Assembly (NCBI GenBank): GCA_050230475.1
Contig: JBFLGF010000114.1
Location: 1-61,975, forward strand
DNA from: Ancylonema sp.
Lineage: Eukaryota
DNA length: 61,975 nucleotides
Direction: 5' to 3'
Shown here: one piece after another, positions 1-13,150 of the stretch
Layout of the letters: each line of letters begins with the position of its first letter
Numbering within the stretch: the first letter of the stretch is position 1
The notes under the pieces: model-generated
What the model saw: only the letters and a program-made list of their open reading frames with translations
What the model was told of the DNA's origin: nothing
Databases searched by the model: none
Made by a program: the position numbers and the translations under genes

Positions 1-330
1 CGGTCATGTACCTTGAAGTAGTGGTGTCTGTCGCGTTGTTGAGTGATGGCAAGGTTGCGCATGGCTAACGGCATAAATTCTTGGTACAACTTACCTCGTT
101 CCTCAAAGAATTTGGGGAGGTTCTTGTCCAGTGGTAAGAAGTCATGTTCGGCGTCTTCGTTGTTGGCTTGAAATAAAGGATGACGACCAGCAAGGGAAAA
201 CAAATTTGGGAAATTCAATCGAATTCCATTGAATGTTCTCAATGTTTTGCCAAATTTATTCAACAAAACATGCATCGGCTCCATTCGGCACGTCAATACT
301 TCCCACTTCTCATCACGGTATTCGACCTCT
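1..330 (-). mobile_element. Ty3/Gypsy-like LTR retrotransposon integrase C-terminal remnant (runs off window start)
   Basis: Minus-strand open frame reads ...AGRHPLFQANNEDAEHDFLPLDKNLPKFFEERGKLYQEFMPLAMRNLAITQQRDRHHYFKVHD. This resembles the post-core integrase motif GRHP...R..L...MP.AM.NL.IAQ.RD...Y of algal Gypsy elements (recalled, not searched). Confidence 0.55.
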
Positions 331-1089
331 CAATAACATCATCATTAACCACGTGTCATATGTTTTAAAATCATGGTTGGAATTGTTTTATTGGCCAGTG
401 GGATAGATGGTTTTCAAAGAAAGAAATCGCATTTTCAGCGTTCCGGGGGCTATTCGGTTTATTGAATCGCAATTCCAAAGAGTAACTAATTAGAAACGCT
501 AACAAACGGTTACCTATCACATAGAACCCTTCCCTTGTCTTTGGAATTGGGTACGTGCTATTTTACATGGGGATCCTGAAATTCTATAATCTAACGAAAT
601 ACCGGGTGGCTTTGAAACGTGATCTAACCGTCCATACCACCCGCATTATAGCCAAAAAAAAAAAAAAAAAACGGGGTGTGAGGAACAAAAACCAACCCCT
701 TAAAAAAACTTTAAGTACCCAGACGTTCACCGAGTATTGGCGAATGAATCCGGAAAGCGTACGCTAGTGTACGCGTCCGCGACGTCCGGGCTCGCAAAGC
801 GTCCGGGTACTAATGTATTGTCAAGTATCAACCATAGATGTACACATCTATGGTACACATCTAGGGTTGATACACGTACGTCAAATGTTTTACCGGGCGG
901 CGCTTGCCTTCGGCCCTGAGAGCGTTCGGAAGATGTTGAGATGATCCCTCCCGAGGTACATAGAGGTTTTTTAGGTTTCTAGTGTTTTTTTTTTTTTTTA
1001 AGTTCACAAACATCAAGTATTGATGCCAACAACCCTTAGCCTACCATATGAAAAAAAAAGAGTAAAAATCATGACCCATTATAAAGCTA

Positions 1090-2006
1090 CGCTGCTCCTT
1101 CGATATAAAGACCAAAAAAAATTCAAAAAAAAAGTCCTTATATCGAGGTGTCCTTATGCAGTGTATAAGGACAATAACTACTGGGTTTCAAAATATGGGT
1201 CCCTTTATAGAGGGACGTCGTGAATGAAGCAAAGTAAATAAGCGAATATGTTGTTTACATGTTGCCTAGAGTAAATTGCCATGGCACCATCATCCAATTG
1301 AACGTGGGTATTGTGATGCAAGCTAAACAAGTGCGTAATGAGACAACACATTGCGACCAGCAGAAAATAGTTAACCAAGTTACGACGAGAGTTAGGGTGT
1401 ATTAAGGTCGTAATGAGCAATAAAATCCTCGCATATTTTGTTGGACATGGAGTAAACACTATGGTCATGAAGAACATGGACAATTGTTGAAAGGCAAGAC
1501 AAACCAATACTGTCATGGAGAGAATTACATTACTTCCAAATTTTGAACGGTGAACAAAATACAACATTTTATACATTCCTACAAACGAGATTTACACATC
1601 CTGTGTACAACTTCGAAATTGAAATATATTACAAGATTGGAGCACCAACTTTCAATATGGCATACATGCTAATATCGACTTGATTCGAACCTAAGTTGCA
1701 TGAAATAAACGTTGAAATTAGTTTGTACCTATAATTTTCATAACTTGCGTTGACGTTATTATGTTTTTTTTTTTTTTTTTTTTTTTTTTTTGGGAATTCC
1801 CATACATCGTTATATGCAAGAAACAACGTTATATACACAGTTTAAGGACATTCATCAACAAATTTCTGAAATTATTTGTCTTTATCCACACTGTCGTTAT
1901 GCTTATATCGAGGTCGATTTTGTATTGATTTTTAAAAAGATTTTTAAAAAGTGTCCTCTATCGAGGTTTTCTTTATAAAGAGGGTTCTCATATCGAGGAA
2001 GCACTG
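1090..2006. mobile_element. Degenerate pogo-like non-autonomous element
   Basis: Imperfect inverted ends CGCTGCTCCTTCGATATAAAGACC (1090) and GGTTCTCATATCGAGGAAGCACTG (to 2006), with repeated CTTATATCGAGG subterminal motifs near both ends. Confidence 0.4.
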
Positions 2007-2487
2007 TCTCATGTTGACAACTCGATTTCTGAACACCCGAAATGGTACCCGCCCGTACAACGCTTGTTGGGCAACGCCCGCGTCGGGCCCAGATGCGGTC
2101 GATTTGTTTTTGGAAGCGCCGCCCGCATTCGGGTATGCTTGTCAACTGTTTTGGTCGGTCAAATAAGTCGGCTCCGAGGACTTTGACCACGATCGAATCT
2201 TTTACTTGACTGTTTCCAACTGCTACGGTAACCGCCATTGTTCAACAGCCCCGACATTTGATTCAATCCCTTCCTGAGAGTCGTCCTTGCGCCGAAGAAG
2301 TTAATCTGTTGAACTTCAGAGCGCACTCTTCAGAACAGATGGGATTGTAATCTGGTGGAGCTGGCAGAGTTTCGACTTTCAGAATTTTATCACGTCCAGA
2401 GTTCCATTGTATATCTCGACATTGTGCTGCATGATTGCGTCCGCAAGAACCAACTGAAAGTGAAACTGTTTTCTGTGATTTGGGAGC

Positions 2488-5400
2488 ATGGGGGACTGGG
2501 ACCCATATGACGGCGGGGAAATTACAGTAGAGACAGGACGTGAGCTGGCATTACTTCCCGATCCCGCAAATCTTGTACTCACACCCCCGGTGACACACTA
2601 CCTCCGTCTTGATGAAAGAGGAGCAGCTGAACGCACGCAGCGAAGGACGAGAGTAGAGGTGGAGCGCCTCAAGCAGATAGAAGCTAAGCTGGAGTCAGAA
2701 AGGAGTCAACTCCGGTGCGAAATCGAGTCCTCCCAGCTCTGGATGGCAAGCATGAAAGATGTCTTAAGTGAAAAGTGGCGACTCGTAGGGAAACTGAAGG
2801 GGGAAGTGGGCCGTCTGCGGCAGGAGAGGGAGGAAGTGGAAACAGAGGTTCTCCAAATGGTGAATGTCCTCGAGGAGGTGTATGTCCAGGAAGAGAGAAC
2901 AAAAATGGACCTGGAAGATGAGAAGGCACAAGTAGAACGAGCACGGAAGACAGTGGGTGTTGCAGAGCAGAGGGTGCAAAAACGAAGGCGGACGGCTCAG
3001 ATGATGGAGGCGGAGAGGAAGATTCTGGAGGCAGAAGTAGTGGCGGAGAATACGAAGCTACAGGCACTTGAGGACAAAATGGCTGAGCTTGAGGTGCTGG
3101 CTGCTGTAGAAGCGGCCAGAGGGGGACTGGCGCAGCAAAAACTGATGGCATCAGCTGCAAGAGTATCTCTGCTCACCGGGAAGCAGGTGACTGCCTTTCC
3201 TTCTCAGAGGACTTTGATGTGGAGGGGTCGGCCACGCAGGAGGAAGTCTGTGGGTATTGCCAGAGTATGTGCGTCACGGGCATGGACCAATGAGGAGGCA
3301 AAGCCAGTTCCATCCCTCCAGAATGTCAGTGCAGCGCCTCTTGAAGAAAGCGGGTGTACCAGGGGCCAGACTTCCAGGCGACCTCCATCCTGTGCTGTCG
3401 CCACCTGTGGCTTGAAAGTCCAGGAAGACATTCAGGCAACGGCCGTCAGTCCCCCGTCGCAGAGCATTCCAGCAGCAGCAGAGCCAGAACCCACTCCACC
3501 TTCGACCGATAAGAACAACAACGGTCATACCCTGAAATTGGCTCCTCTGAATGACAGTCTGTGGGAGCAAGAGACAAGCTCCACCTCTGACCTCTGCACA
3601 CCAACCTCCGCATCATCCTTGCAGCTCTTCCCCCCAGCCACTCAGATTGCACCAGGCAGGCCAGTAATAAGTACCCTGAGTCTTGGAAGCGTTCAAGGGA
3701 GGAGGGAGCTGGTTGACATGTGCAGCAGCATGTTGGAAGCAAGCGATGGTTCAGTATCAGGCCTCACTCGACACTCCAGTCAACAGGATTGCCTCCCCTC
3801 CTCGAGAAAGGACACCGACTCTTCGGTACCAGATCCGTCCCGCCAGTTTGCAGCCCCTCAGATTTCCGTTCAAGAGCTCCCTTCCACATTGCAGCTTGGC
3901 AAGCCTTTCGCACCCCTTTCCCCACCGTCGCCTTCATTTGCCGGACGAGAATCGCAGAGTGACGGCAGCTGTGCAAGCTTGGAGTTCATGGGAGGCGGCC
4001 ATTGGGGCGATGGTGACTCTGGGGCTCACCTTCTTCCCATGAGTCCCTGGGAGAGGCGGCAGTGCCAGGAGGTGTTTGCGATGCTGGCTGGGCCGAACGG
4101 AGCAGTTGTGGCGAGGGGCACGGTGGAATCTGTGCTCACTCACCCGGACGGATTGGCTCACCCTGACGTTCACAAAGCATGGTCAGCAACCTGCTGCGGC
4201 CACCCTCTCTCAGACTGCTTTGATCGGGGTTGAAGATGCATACTGCTACCATTCATCTGCAGACAAACCTTCGAGAGGTCTCTTTACACTTTTTGTTGCT
4301 AGGTAGGTAGGTAGGTAGGTAGGTAGGTAGGTAGGTAGGTAGACAGGCTCCCTGATCTGTAATCGGATGTGCAGATTTTAAATTGGGTGTCCTTACCCCC
4401 TTTGGTGCATGCAGGGCTCTTTCGAGTGGCGGCGATTTCGCGGGTGAACATCAATTCATGCTCTTCATGTTGCTCATTCGCCGTGCCTACCAGAATTGTG
4501 AGCTGCCAACGTCCCTATCGCAATCAGAAGTCATCCGCCTCCTAGATCTTCAAGGAGAGCCTCCTCGCCTGCCCCTCGATGCTTCCCGGCCTTTCAAGGT
4601 GAGATTCTCACTCCAGACCTGCTCGTATACAATGAAACTTAGTGACATGGTTCCAAGTTTGTGAAACTGTAAACACACTTTTGTGACCTAGTATGGTTTT
4701 AGCCATGAGGAGGGTTTGTGCCCCTGGCTTGAAACTGCATAGACGCTTTGGAATGTCGAGCATGGCGGTGATGATTAGTGGAAAGAAGTGAGGGACAGGG
4801 AGGAGCAGAAGGCAGACAGTATGAAGAGAACAGAACCGGAAGCCTGAACATTCGTGCTGAGGGAGCCTGGGAGGTGGAATGCCACTTTAATAATCATACC
4901 ACTGTTTTCCATTCTGATTCTCCACTATGACACCTGAGCCTTCGTTCTGATGTTCACATTCGCACCATTGGTCTGCCTGTATCCTCTTGTGACCTGAACC
5001 ATATGCTTCCTTCCCCTTCTGTTTCCAGGACATGGGAGGGATATCAACTGCTTCAGGTGCACCAGCACACGTGGCGGGGATGTCCGTCACAGATGCCAGT
5101 GTGCAGGACAAGGATCCTGGAGCAGAAGACCTCGATACGATTCAGGATCCTTCCCCTCCTGGATGGTCCCCTACTATGCGCGTGAGCCCTCATCAGGGTG
5201 AAGCGGCTAAGTGGAGACGTCTGCGAAGGTCAACCAGTGCGTCCGCATGTGAGTGGGTGGGTGGAAGCAAAGGAAGTCTGAGTGATATGTGCGGACCGGC
5301 GTCAAGGGAGTGGGACTTAAGCTCGTACGCGGCAGCGATAGCAGCAGGGGATGGAATTGCGGGGGAGAAGTTCACAGATGCTCCTCCTTCTGAAGGCAAC

Positions 5401-5832
5401 AAGTCGCAGCGGCAGGGGCAGGGAGCAGAGGGTAAAGTGGGGCCTTTGGGTATGAAGACCACACATCGGAGGCTTTCGCGGGGGGGCAGCATGCGTTCCA
5501 CTCGCTCTGCCTGGGACGCACACGACGGCGGAGCAGAGAAGGTGAAGCAAGGAAGAGCAGGTATTGGGTGGGGAAGTCTGGTTCGATCAAGTAGCAGCAG
5601 CAGCAGCATGAAGGCACAAAAAGAGGCAAACGCGAAAGCCCAAAAGTCTAAAGCGTCCCCTAGACCAAGGCTGGCATCCTTTGACGACAAGCCATTGGAG
5701 GAAGTGAAGTGCGCGAAAGTGGAGCCGTCTTGGCTTACCGTGGGACGTGGCGCGCACCTGAAGATGCTAGAGACCGTGCATGAGAGTTCGGAAAGCAGCA
5801 GGTATGGTTTGAGTACAAGAAAGTATGACTGA
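2488..5832 (+). CDS. Coiled-coil plus EH (Eps15-homology)-like domain protein; exons about 2488-4181, 4415-4598, 5029-5832 (possible alternative end via donor near 5801 and exon 5915-6056)
   Basis: Long heptad/E-K-R-rich N-terminus. Splicing GT-AG introns in consistent phase gives MSPWERRQCQEVF...HKAW|ALSSGGDFAGEHQFMLFMLLIRRAYQNCELPTSL, an EH-domain-like pattern. Ser-rich low-complexity tail. Confidence 0.7.
4301..4342 (+). repeat. (AGGT)n microsatellite in intron
   Basis: About 10 tandem AGGT units seen directly. Confidence 0.95.
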
Positions 5833-7516
5833 ATCTAAGCAAAACAGGATGTCAAGGAGTTCTTATCATTTTCGGTAACTTCGTCGCCTGTTTTGCATAA
5901 CAATTTGTGTTCAGCAATTGCTCAACTCTGTACGGCATCCCCCTGGGTGCAGCTGGCGAATCGACACAATGCCTGAAGAAGGACACCCTCAAAAATATGG
6001 CGGTGCCTACAGCCAGGGGCCTTTGCTCTCCCCAACATCGAGTCACAGCGTGTTAAAAAAGCTAGCGAGCAAAGGCATTCTTCTTTGGATGACCGGAGAA
6101 AAGGGGACAAGAGTAACACCTCGAGACTCCTGAACTACTATGCTCCCCAGCATGCCTGTTATGTAAATTATGACGATTACAATGAAGTGGTGTGCGCAAG
6201 TGCGATGTAGTGCAACTCTCCTGTCCCCCCCTCATGGAAGGGAGAAGTGGCATTGTAGGTGCGAGTTGACCTTAAAAAATTGTAAGACATGCTTGTCGGT
6301 CCTACAAGCATGTCACATGCGATGAGTGATTAGTAGTGATGTGTTTTAATTCTAGACCAAGGTTACTTTCACACTGAAAGGGCCGATAGCGGCAAAGCTT
6401 TTTTATTTGTATTTCGTTGATAGCTTAAATCTCAAGGACGTTCAGGTATCATGCAACGGAATCTGTTTTGGATGATGTTAAATTTTCGGGCAGCAATTAA
6501 TCCGATCTTGCAATTTCCGAGCCAATGACACTACTGTTGCAACAAACCCTTGGTCAAGGGCTGCATGAAGGGGCCTAAGTTGAATGTTAAGTGGCAAGCT
6601 TCTTAACTTGCTTTACAATTCGCTTTTGACACACGCTTGGACACACATACTCCGTGGTAAACATAAAGATAAGATGATCTACGTGTAGAAGGAAAAACAC
6701 TATACTGTACATAGGTGGCCGCGAAATTGTTACTCTAAGTTTTCGGGGGAAAGCAATCGCAAACTCGCCCGAATGTGAGAGGAACGTGAAAGCATCGGAT
6801 ATTTCGCGTGCGGAGGCAATGATGCTCGGCTCAAGGGTGGGATTGAATTACTAGCTTGCATGGTAAGTCCCAGTTGGGCCAATGTTTGCCCACAGTGAGT
6901 ATAATTTGCATTGCAATCAATGTAGTACACTAGAACCTTAAGGAATTCTTCATGCGTATATTGATGTCCTGTTCTTCAATATGAAATTTTATACACGACT
7001 TCGAGTCGTCGGCTAAAAAAAATCCCTCAGCTGTCTATGTCTGAACATAAATACGAATTCTTCCCGAAAATAAAGGTTAAAGAAGAAAAAAAAGTACGGA
7101 TAGCCAATAACATGATCTTGAAGTCCATCACTTCCTGAAATTGTGTACTAAAAAAAAAAAAATGATCTTTACCCCAAATTTTGTAACACTTACCTCAATA
7201 GCAATTTCTCTAGCCCTTGGTAAAACGCCCACAATACCCAGTGTCATTCCTAGGCCTAATATACCAGCTTGAATTTGAGGGCCACCGTACACAATTTGAT
7301 TTTTGGATGGTGCTAGCAACTCCAAGCCAACCTAATTTATGATACTAAGGATCAAGTCCGTACAAGACGAGCAATGCAGAAGTCCTTGCGGAAGAGTCAT
7401 CTTTTCCCACTTGTCTCATGGCATGGGGTCGTTTACCTCCCATTCCCTCTTCCTCTCCCACTTTTTTACTCGTACAATAGACGTTCTACTCGTTTTAAGC
7501 CCGGAAAACTAAGAAT

Positions 7517-10241
7517 TCATACAGAAGTTACTAAAACCACAAATACCAGGTGCTGCAGAGCTTCAATCAACTTGTCATTAGCAACAGTGCCATCCGACTC
7601 AAGTTCCGTGATGGTGCTCTGGAAGCTTTTCTCTAAGACCTCAGATGCACTCGCACTTGCTTCTCCAGCTTTCTCTACGTCCGAACCTTCCTTCAGAACC
7701 AACTTGAACGCTTCAAGAATATCCCCCACACCTGCAACACATCCCACACATGTGAGTGTCACGCTCTTCTATACATTGAACGATCCAAAGCTATTCAAGA
7801 TTAATTTGCAGATCTCTGGTACTTTGCTGACCACGCCCTTGCATGTCCTGAAGTAGGCCAATACATACTAACCTTTTGTGAATGCAGCGATCACTTTTTT
7901 TTGCTTGGCGATTAGGGCATCCGCCCTGTCCCTGATCAGCGAAGCTTTGTCTTCGCAGCTTTCAGGCCAGGAAGAGGACGAGGCCTCTTTTTTGCCTTCC
8001 TCTACACTGGCCTCATCTTTATTCCCCTCAGAGCCTTCCAGCACCTCAGTGGATGAGTGTTTGGACGAGGCCAGTATGTCCTTGGCGACTTGCAACAAGT
8101 GACTAGTTGACAAGGCACAGAGTTCGGATATCCTCTGCAGAACAAAAGGGGTTCTGGGATATTAGAAAACGATTGATTGGATGTCCCAGCTGCTTCAGGA
8201 GTTGGCTGTTTGTAACTCACGTGCACACCCTCCGTCTTCAGACTTAAAAGACTCTCTAGTTGCTGCTCTGTCCGCTCAACTGCGGCAGCAGGTAGCAGCT
8301 TGCTTAGTCCTGTAGCAGCGCTGCAAACACACAATGATGACAAATACTTTGTGAATTCCAAGCAAGATTGCGAACAAGATGCTTCATTGGGAGGAATCTG
8401 TCAAGCTAGGAGTCTTTAAAAAAGAATCATTGTTCGACAGCAGGATCTTACCCCTTAGCCATATCCACAGCAGTTGTTATTCCAGCTTCTTGCATTCCAG
8501 ACACCTCCGCATACGCCTCAGGAAGGAGATTGTTGTCCCCTTCATGGCCACCACCGCCATCGCTGCCACTACCGTCTTCTCTGCGACTGGAGAATGTATC
8601 CTGAAGATACTTTAGCGACTCGTCATAAGTCGAACGCTGCTCCGGTGAAAGCTTCGCTCGAGCTCGATTGCAGAGTAGCATATTGTGGTCAGCGAGAGCC
8701 TCCAGTTCTTCCAGATACTCTGGTCCGCCATAAATGTAGTAACAGCGATCAAAGCTGACTTCCTCCACGTATTCTCCACTCTCCTCCTCAGCCTCTTCTT
8801 TCACAGGGGCTTCGTCCTCCTCAAGCTCAATCCCGGTTTCCTGAACAATAATATCAATCGTCTCCTTCTGAACATATTCTAGCAGCTCCTGTGCTTTTGA
8901 TGTCAAGTTCCCATCTTGAATGGTGTGCGCCAAAGTCTCGACATGCTGCTCAATCCTGCCACAGGGAAATTCGAAGGAAAGGATTGAACAGGGGCCAGGG
9001 CCAAATGGCTTAAATTCACCTTGAATTTGAGAAGTTTGAGGTGATCCAGAGAGGTGAAATAATTGCTGCAGATGTAGAAGCAGGCTCAACAAAATGTTCA
9101 AGAACAACAAACACAATCCGCCCTAAGCACTGACAGATACGGAGGGTGTGTGCGTAAAAAACGCATGGTGCCCTTCCATGGTACTTTGTGCCCCAATCGC
9201 TGACAGATAGAGAGGGTGCGTACGATTTCACAAAGCTCATGCTGCCTTTCCATGCATTTCCAAGAGCTGTCCCTACAGCCTCTCGTGAGATCATTCCCTC
9301 CTGTGTCAATGGGGAGATGAAGAGAACAGGTCAGCTGCTGGTACTCAAGTATTCTGAACTGCTTCCTACAGAGGCTGTTGAAACAGAAATCAATATTATT
9401 ATGTGTTTCATTCGTCAACTAGTCAGAGGATATGAATAAGTGCTTTCATAAATTGTTATCCTGACCTGGCAGTCACAGTGAAAACAATTTGCACACCATT
9501 CATCCACTTGATCATACAAGTGCCTGAGTCGTTTACAGGGCACACAGAAGAACATGAATCATAGCGAACCGAATTATGGTTGTGGTTATGGTTATGTAGA
9601 GAGCGATTAAAATTTCTTACCACATGATTGTCCAACGAAGACTTATCCTTGGCAGGAGGACCATCCGTATCTGACGTACTGGCTTCATGTGTTTCCTTCT
9701 CCTCAATAGCCCTGGTCTCCGCATCCAGCGAATCGACCACACCCTTGGCTACAGCTGCTGCCTGCATACAAAGCAAACCACTCTGGGATAACAAACCTTC
9801 TGGACGACGATCCCTACACCTGCGCCACTGAGTAAATAAGCCTTTCCAAAAAAGACTGAAATGTGCGATGATATGAATTCAATGAATTTCCCATCGAAAT
9901 ACTCTTCTGTTCCTAAATTTCAGTACCTCTGTTGCAGCATCCTGTACGACCGCTCGCATATTGCCCCAGCTAGTCCATCCCCACATTTGCGAGGAATCGG
10001 ACGCTTCCACAGTTTCGATCTTCGACAACTTCTCTTCGTCTGCGGCAACAGGTTCCACTTCAGGGTCCGAATTGATCCCATCCGCTTGCGTAGATGAGGT
10101 CTTTTCTCTTGCTTGTGATGGTACATTGTCGGTGATAGCTGCAAGAAGTGGTGTCCCTTGTTTTGCAATGTCGACGTCCGCATTGCCTTTGGTCCCGTCC
10201 GCGGTTTTCGTAGCGGACTCTACCTTATCATCTCCTTCCAT
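7517..10241 (-). CDS. Conserved plant protein, AT2G15860-like ('BAT2 domain' annotated); exons about 10241-9927, 9761-9621, 9300-9224, 8955-8452, 8320-8221, 8134-7873, 7731-7517
   Basis: Motifs WGWTSWG, LGNAWKG, SFDRCYYIYGGPEYLEELEAL and C-terminal KLIEALQHLVFVVLVTS match the recalled plant family. All introns are GT-AG and phase-compatible. Confidence 0.8.
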
Positions 10242-10541
10242 CAGCTCTTTACCTCACTACTGGTCGTTTTTGTTATCCCTGAAACGATTGAGAGGGCCTT
10301 TAGATTTAGAGATGCTCTTAGCAAGCACGCGATCTTGGACGCGATCTTTTCGTTGTTCGTGCCACAAGTTATCCAGACGGAGAAACAAATGAACAGTTCG
10401 TCCGCCAATGCGCATGTGCTTACGGGCGCAGCATCCATGGGCTACCGCGCGGCTGGACACGTGGTTGCAGGAGAGGAAACGACCCAGAGTCAACGGTCAA
10501 CAAGTAATGCCCTCACTCGGCCCGCCCGAGTCGGGCCCGAC

Positions 10542-11931
10542 TACAGTAAAACCTGTCTGAATTAATACTGTCTTAATTAATAACTTGTCTTAATTAATAA
10601 AAAAAATCGCTCCCGACTTCGGGCGAGTGTAATTATTAACAAACCTCTCAAACGTGATAACTAATAAATTTTCCCGGTCCCGCCTATATGTTAATTAACG
10701 TGCTAATTAATAATGTACGGAATCCGTACGTATCCGTACAGAATATTTGTACGAATTAGGGATTGAAAATGTTGATTAGGTTGATGAAAAACCAAAAACC
10801 GCAAAAAAAAACGGATTTTCTTTAAAAAAACCGAATTCTGAAAAAAACGGGTTATTTTGTAAAGTAATGCAGGGTGACACATATGGGTTGGCTCAAGGTT
10901 AGAACTACGTTTATATCATTCTGATTATGGACTACGTGAAAATATACGTTTGGGTTGATTCCGACCTGAATATAAGCCCGTTGCCCCTCGTATTCACATA
11001 CAAACTAGTTTCAGGTCATTTGGAACCGATCCTGTCTTAGGTAATAACCTGTCTTAATTAACAATATATTCCGGTCCCGACATTAATTAAGACAGGTTTT
11101 ACTGCAGTGTGCGGGGAGCTCGGAGCCAAATGAGCTTAATGAGCCCAAGATCCGGGATCATTGAGCCCGGAGCTCAAAGGGGTGTTTTTCCTCCGGCTCC
11201 GAGCTAAACATCGGAGCCCATGTCGGAGCGTAAGATCCGGGCTCGGATCTGGGCTCAGATCCGGGCTCGGAGCCCATGATTCATAAATCCACGACAAAAA
11301 CGAAAGCAACCGGATCCAACGTCCAGATCATGAAGAAAGAAATGATGTTTTTTTTTGGGTGAATTTTGGGCTCCGAGCCGGGCTCCGGGTAAGCTTTAGC
11401 CCGGATCTTGGGCTCCGGGCTCCCAAAATCAGAATGAGAAATATGACTCCGAGTACCGAGTTGAGAAATGAGAAATATAAAAAGATACAAGTTTGAAAGT
11501 TTTCCAGATTATTCAAACATATGTCGATTTTAAGTTTTTCCAATTTTCATCGACAAGTTCCATGTCGAATCAATTCGGCACGTCATACAGACAATACCAC
11601 AATGGTGGTATACGGCCGTAACTTCGTCGCACCCAAACACCCAGTTCATGAGTATCTTCAGTTCGGAAAACAGCATCCGGAAATCCTTTCCGGCCAAGTC
11701 CATTGTTGCAGCTACATAGTGGGGTATCCTAGGTTGCGAGAGTCGCAAAGCTTTGAATTGGTATGGATGGTTTTGCTTGAAGGTAGTCAATAAAGATTCA
11801 TTGCCAGGTGCCCACTTCGCGAACCCGCGTCGCCATTCCACCCCCAATCCCATCGCCAATCCCATTCCACTCCGGGCCCATTCGCGGGGAGCCCGGAGCC
11901 CAAAGGGTTTCGTTGGGCTCCCCGCACACTA
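10542..11931. mobile_element. Non-autonomous hAT-like element family A (TIR TAGTGTGCGGGGAGC), with a MITE nested in its first TA
   Basis: 8-bp direct repeat GGCCCGAC at 10534-10541 and 11932-11939. Inverted ends AGTGTGCGGGGAGC (11106) and GCTCCCCGCACACTA (to 11931). Many GAGCCC/GGCTCCG subterminal repeats. Confidence 0.85.
10544..11104. mobile_element. Pogo/Emigrant-like MITE
   Basis: TIRs CAGTAAAACCTGTCTGAATTAAT and ATTAATTAAGACAGGTTTTACTG, flanked by TA and CA (mutated TA). Resembles the recalled Arabidopsis Emigrant/Lemi1 TIR CAGTAAAACCTCTATAAATTAATA. Second copy at 60713-61286. Confidence 0.9.
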
Positions 11932-11939
11932 GGCCCGAC

Positions 11940-12912
11940 TAGGGATGGGGCGCAACCCCAAACCCCTTTGGGTTGCGTGTTGTTGTTTTTTTCGCAACCC
12001 CACGCAACCCCACCCAACCACACGCAACCCCAAGTAGCAACACGCAACCCCAAAAAGCAACACGCAACCCCGAAAAGCAACACGCAACCCCAAAAAACCT
12101 CCCAAAAAAGGGTTTTCACCCGCAAATTATGCATACGAGTTTGGAAACAAATTTATGATACTTGTAATGCGAGTTGAGCGTTCTTATTAGTAACGCACTG
12201 CACATGAGAAATATACAATCATGAAGGTAGTTCGATAATCTCACTGTAAACATAACTTGTATTTTTTATTTTGCATGTCGATTTTTTATGCCTTTGAAGT
12301 CGATTTTCGGCTTTGATTAAATAGTTGGTTTTATTTACTTGCAAGTGTCTTCATCCATAATGCAACAAACATTAGTATATTTTTCCATTATCTTAATTCA
12401 AACCTTTTGAATCTTTCAACTCGTGTTACTCCGTATACGTGTTGCTCCGCAGTAACAATTCCCATTTCTTCGCTATTTGGAAGGATTATATAGCAATCGG
12501 TCGTTCGTTACATATAACCTTGTATTGTTAAGTTAACGTACTAGTTCACAATGTTACCATTTCATGGGAGTGTCACACTATTGCAACGTTGGAGTAAAAC
12601 GACAAAAAATAATCCCAGTACTTGGGGCCATTGTGTGAGTAATGTTTTTAGGTGGGTGTGAGAGACTGCATGTAGATGTTTAGCAACGAACATTGCAGGT
12701 ATTGGATTCGGACCGACACATTTATTGAATTTATTGTAATACATACCAAAATTGTCATAAATAAAAGTGCCGGAGTCATAACTCGAAGCGTAAACGATGA
12801 CTAGTCTGGAATCATAAATTTTCTACCACCCTACGGTGGCACATGTATAACAAGGCTCTACTATCAACTATCCCATATTGTAGGCAAGGAGGTCAGCAAT
12901 GCTAATGGACGG
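11940..12912. mobile_element. Right-end-truncated copy of hAT-like family B (TIR TAGGGATGGGGC)
   Basis: Colinear and highly similar to about 51563-52537, including CACGCAACCCC subterminal repeats. Similarity stops after GCTAATGGACGG and no right TIR is seen. Confidence 0.85.
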
Positions 12913-13150
12913 AATATCCGTACGGTGTATGATGCCATGTGTCAGTGGCCAACTGCTGTGGAACCTCGACTTGCTCTCGCCCGAGAAGAAGCTGTAGAGA
13001 TTCCAAATCTGATATTTTGAAGGGCGCAAATATGAAGAACCTCGTAATTTATGTCAATGATGAAACCGAAACTCGAACGTCTATCGGTTGTATCCCATCG
13101 CCGGCAGGAATTTCTATGCTCAATAAGTTCTGCGACATACATACAGCACA

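Noticed and set aside
2684..4173. Antisense and alternate-frame ORFs overlapping real exons (also over CAP, MDAR and the AT2G15860-like gene)
   Set aside because: These are expected shadows of GC-rich coding sequence.
6287..6315. Perfect 11-bp hairpin GACATGCTTGT/ACAAGCATGTC as a Helitron 3' end or terminator
   Set aside because: The nearest CTAG is ~35 nt away, the stem is not GC-rich and no second copy is visible.
11940..12125. CACGCAACCCC repeat arrays (also 51563-51750, 53235-53345) as CRISPR-like or telomeric arrays
   Set aside because: Spacers are short and non-unique, and the arrays lie directly inside TIRs. They are transposon subterminal repeats in a eukaryotic context.
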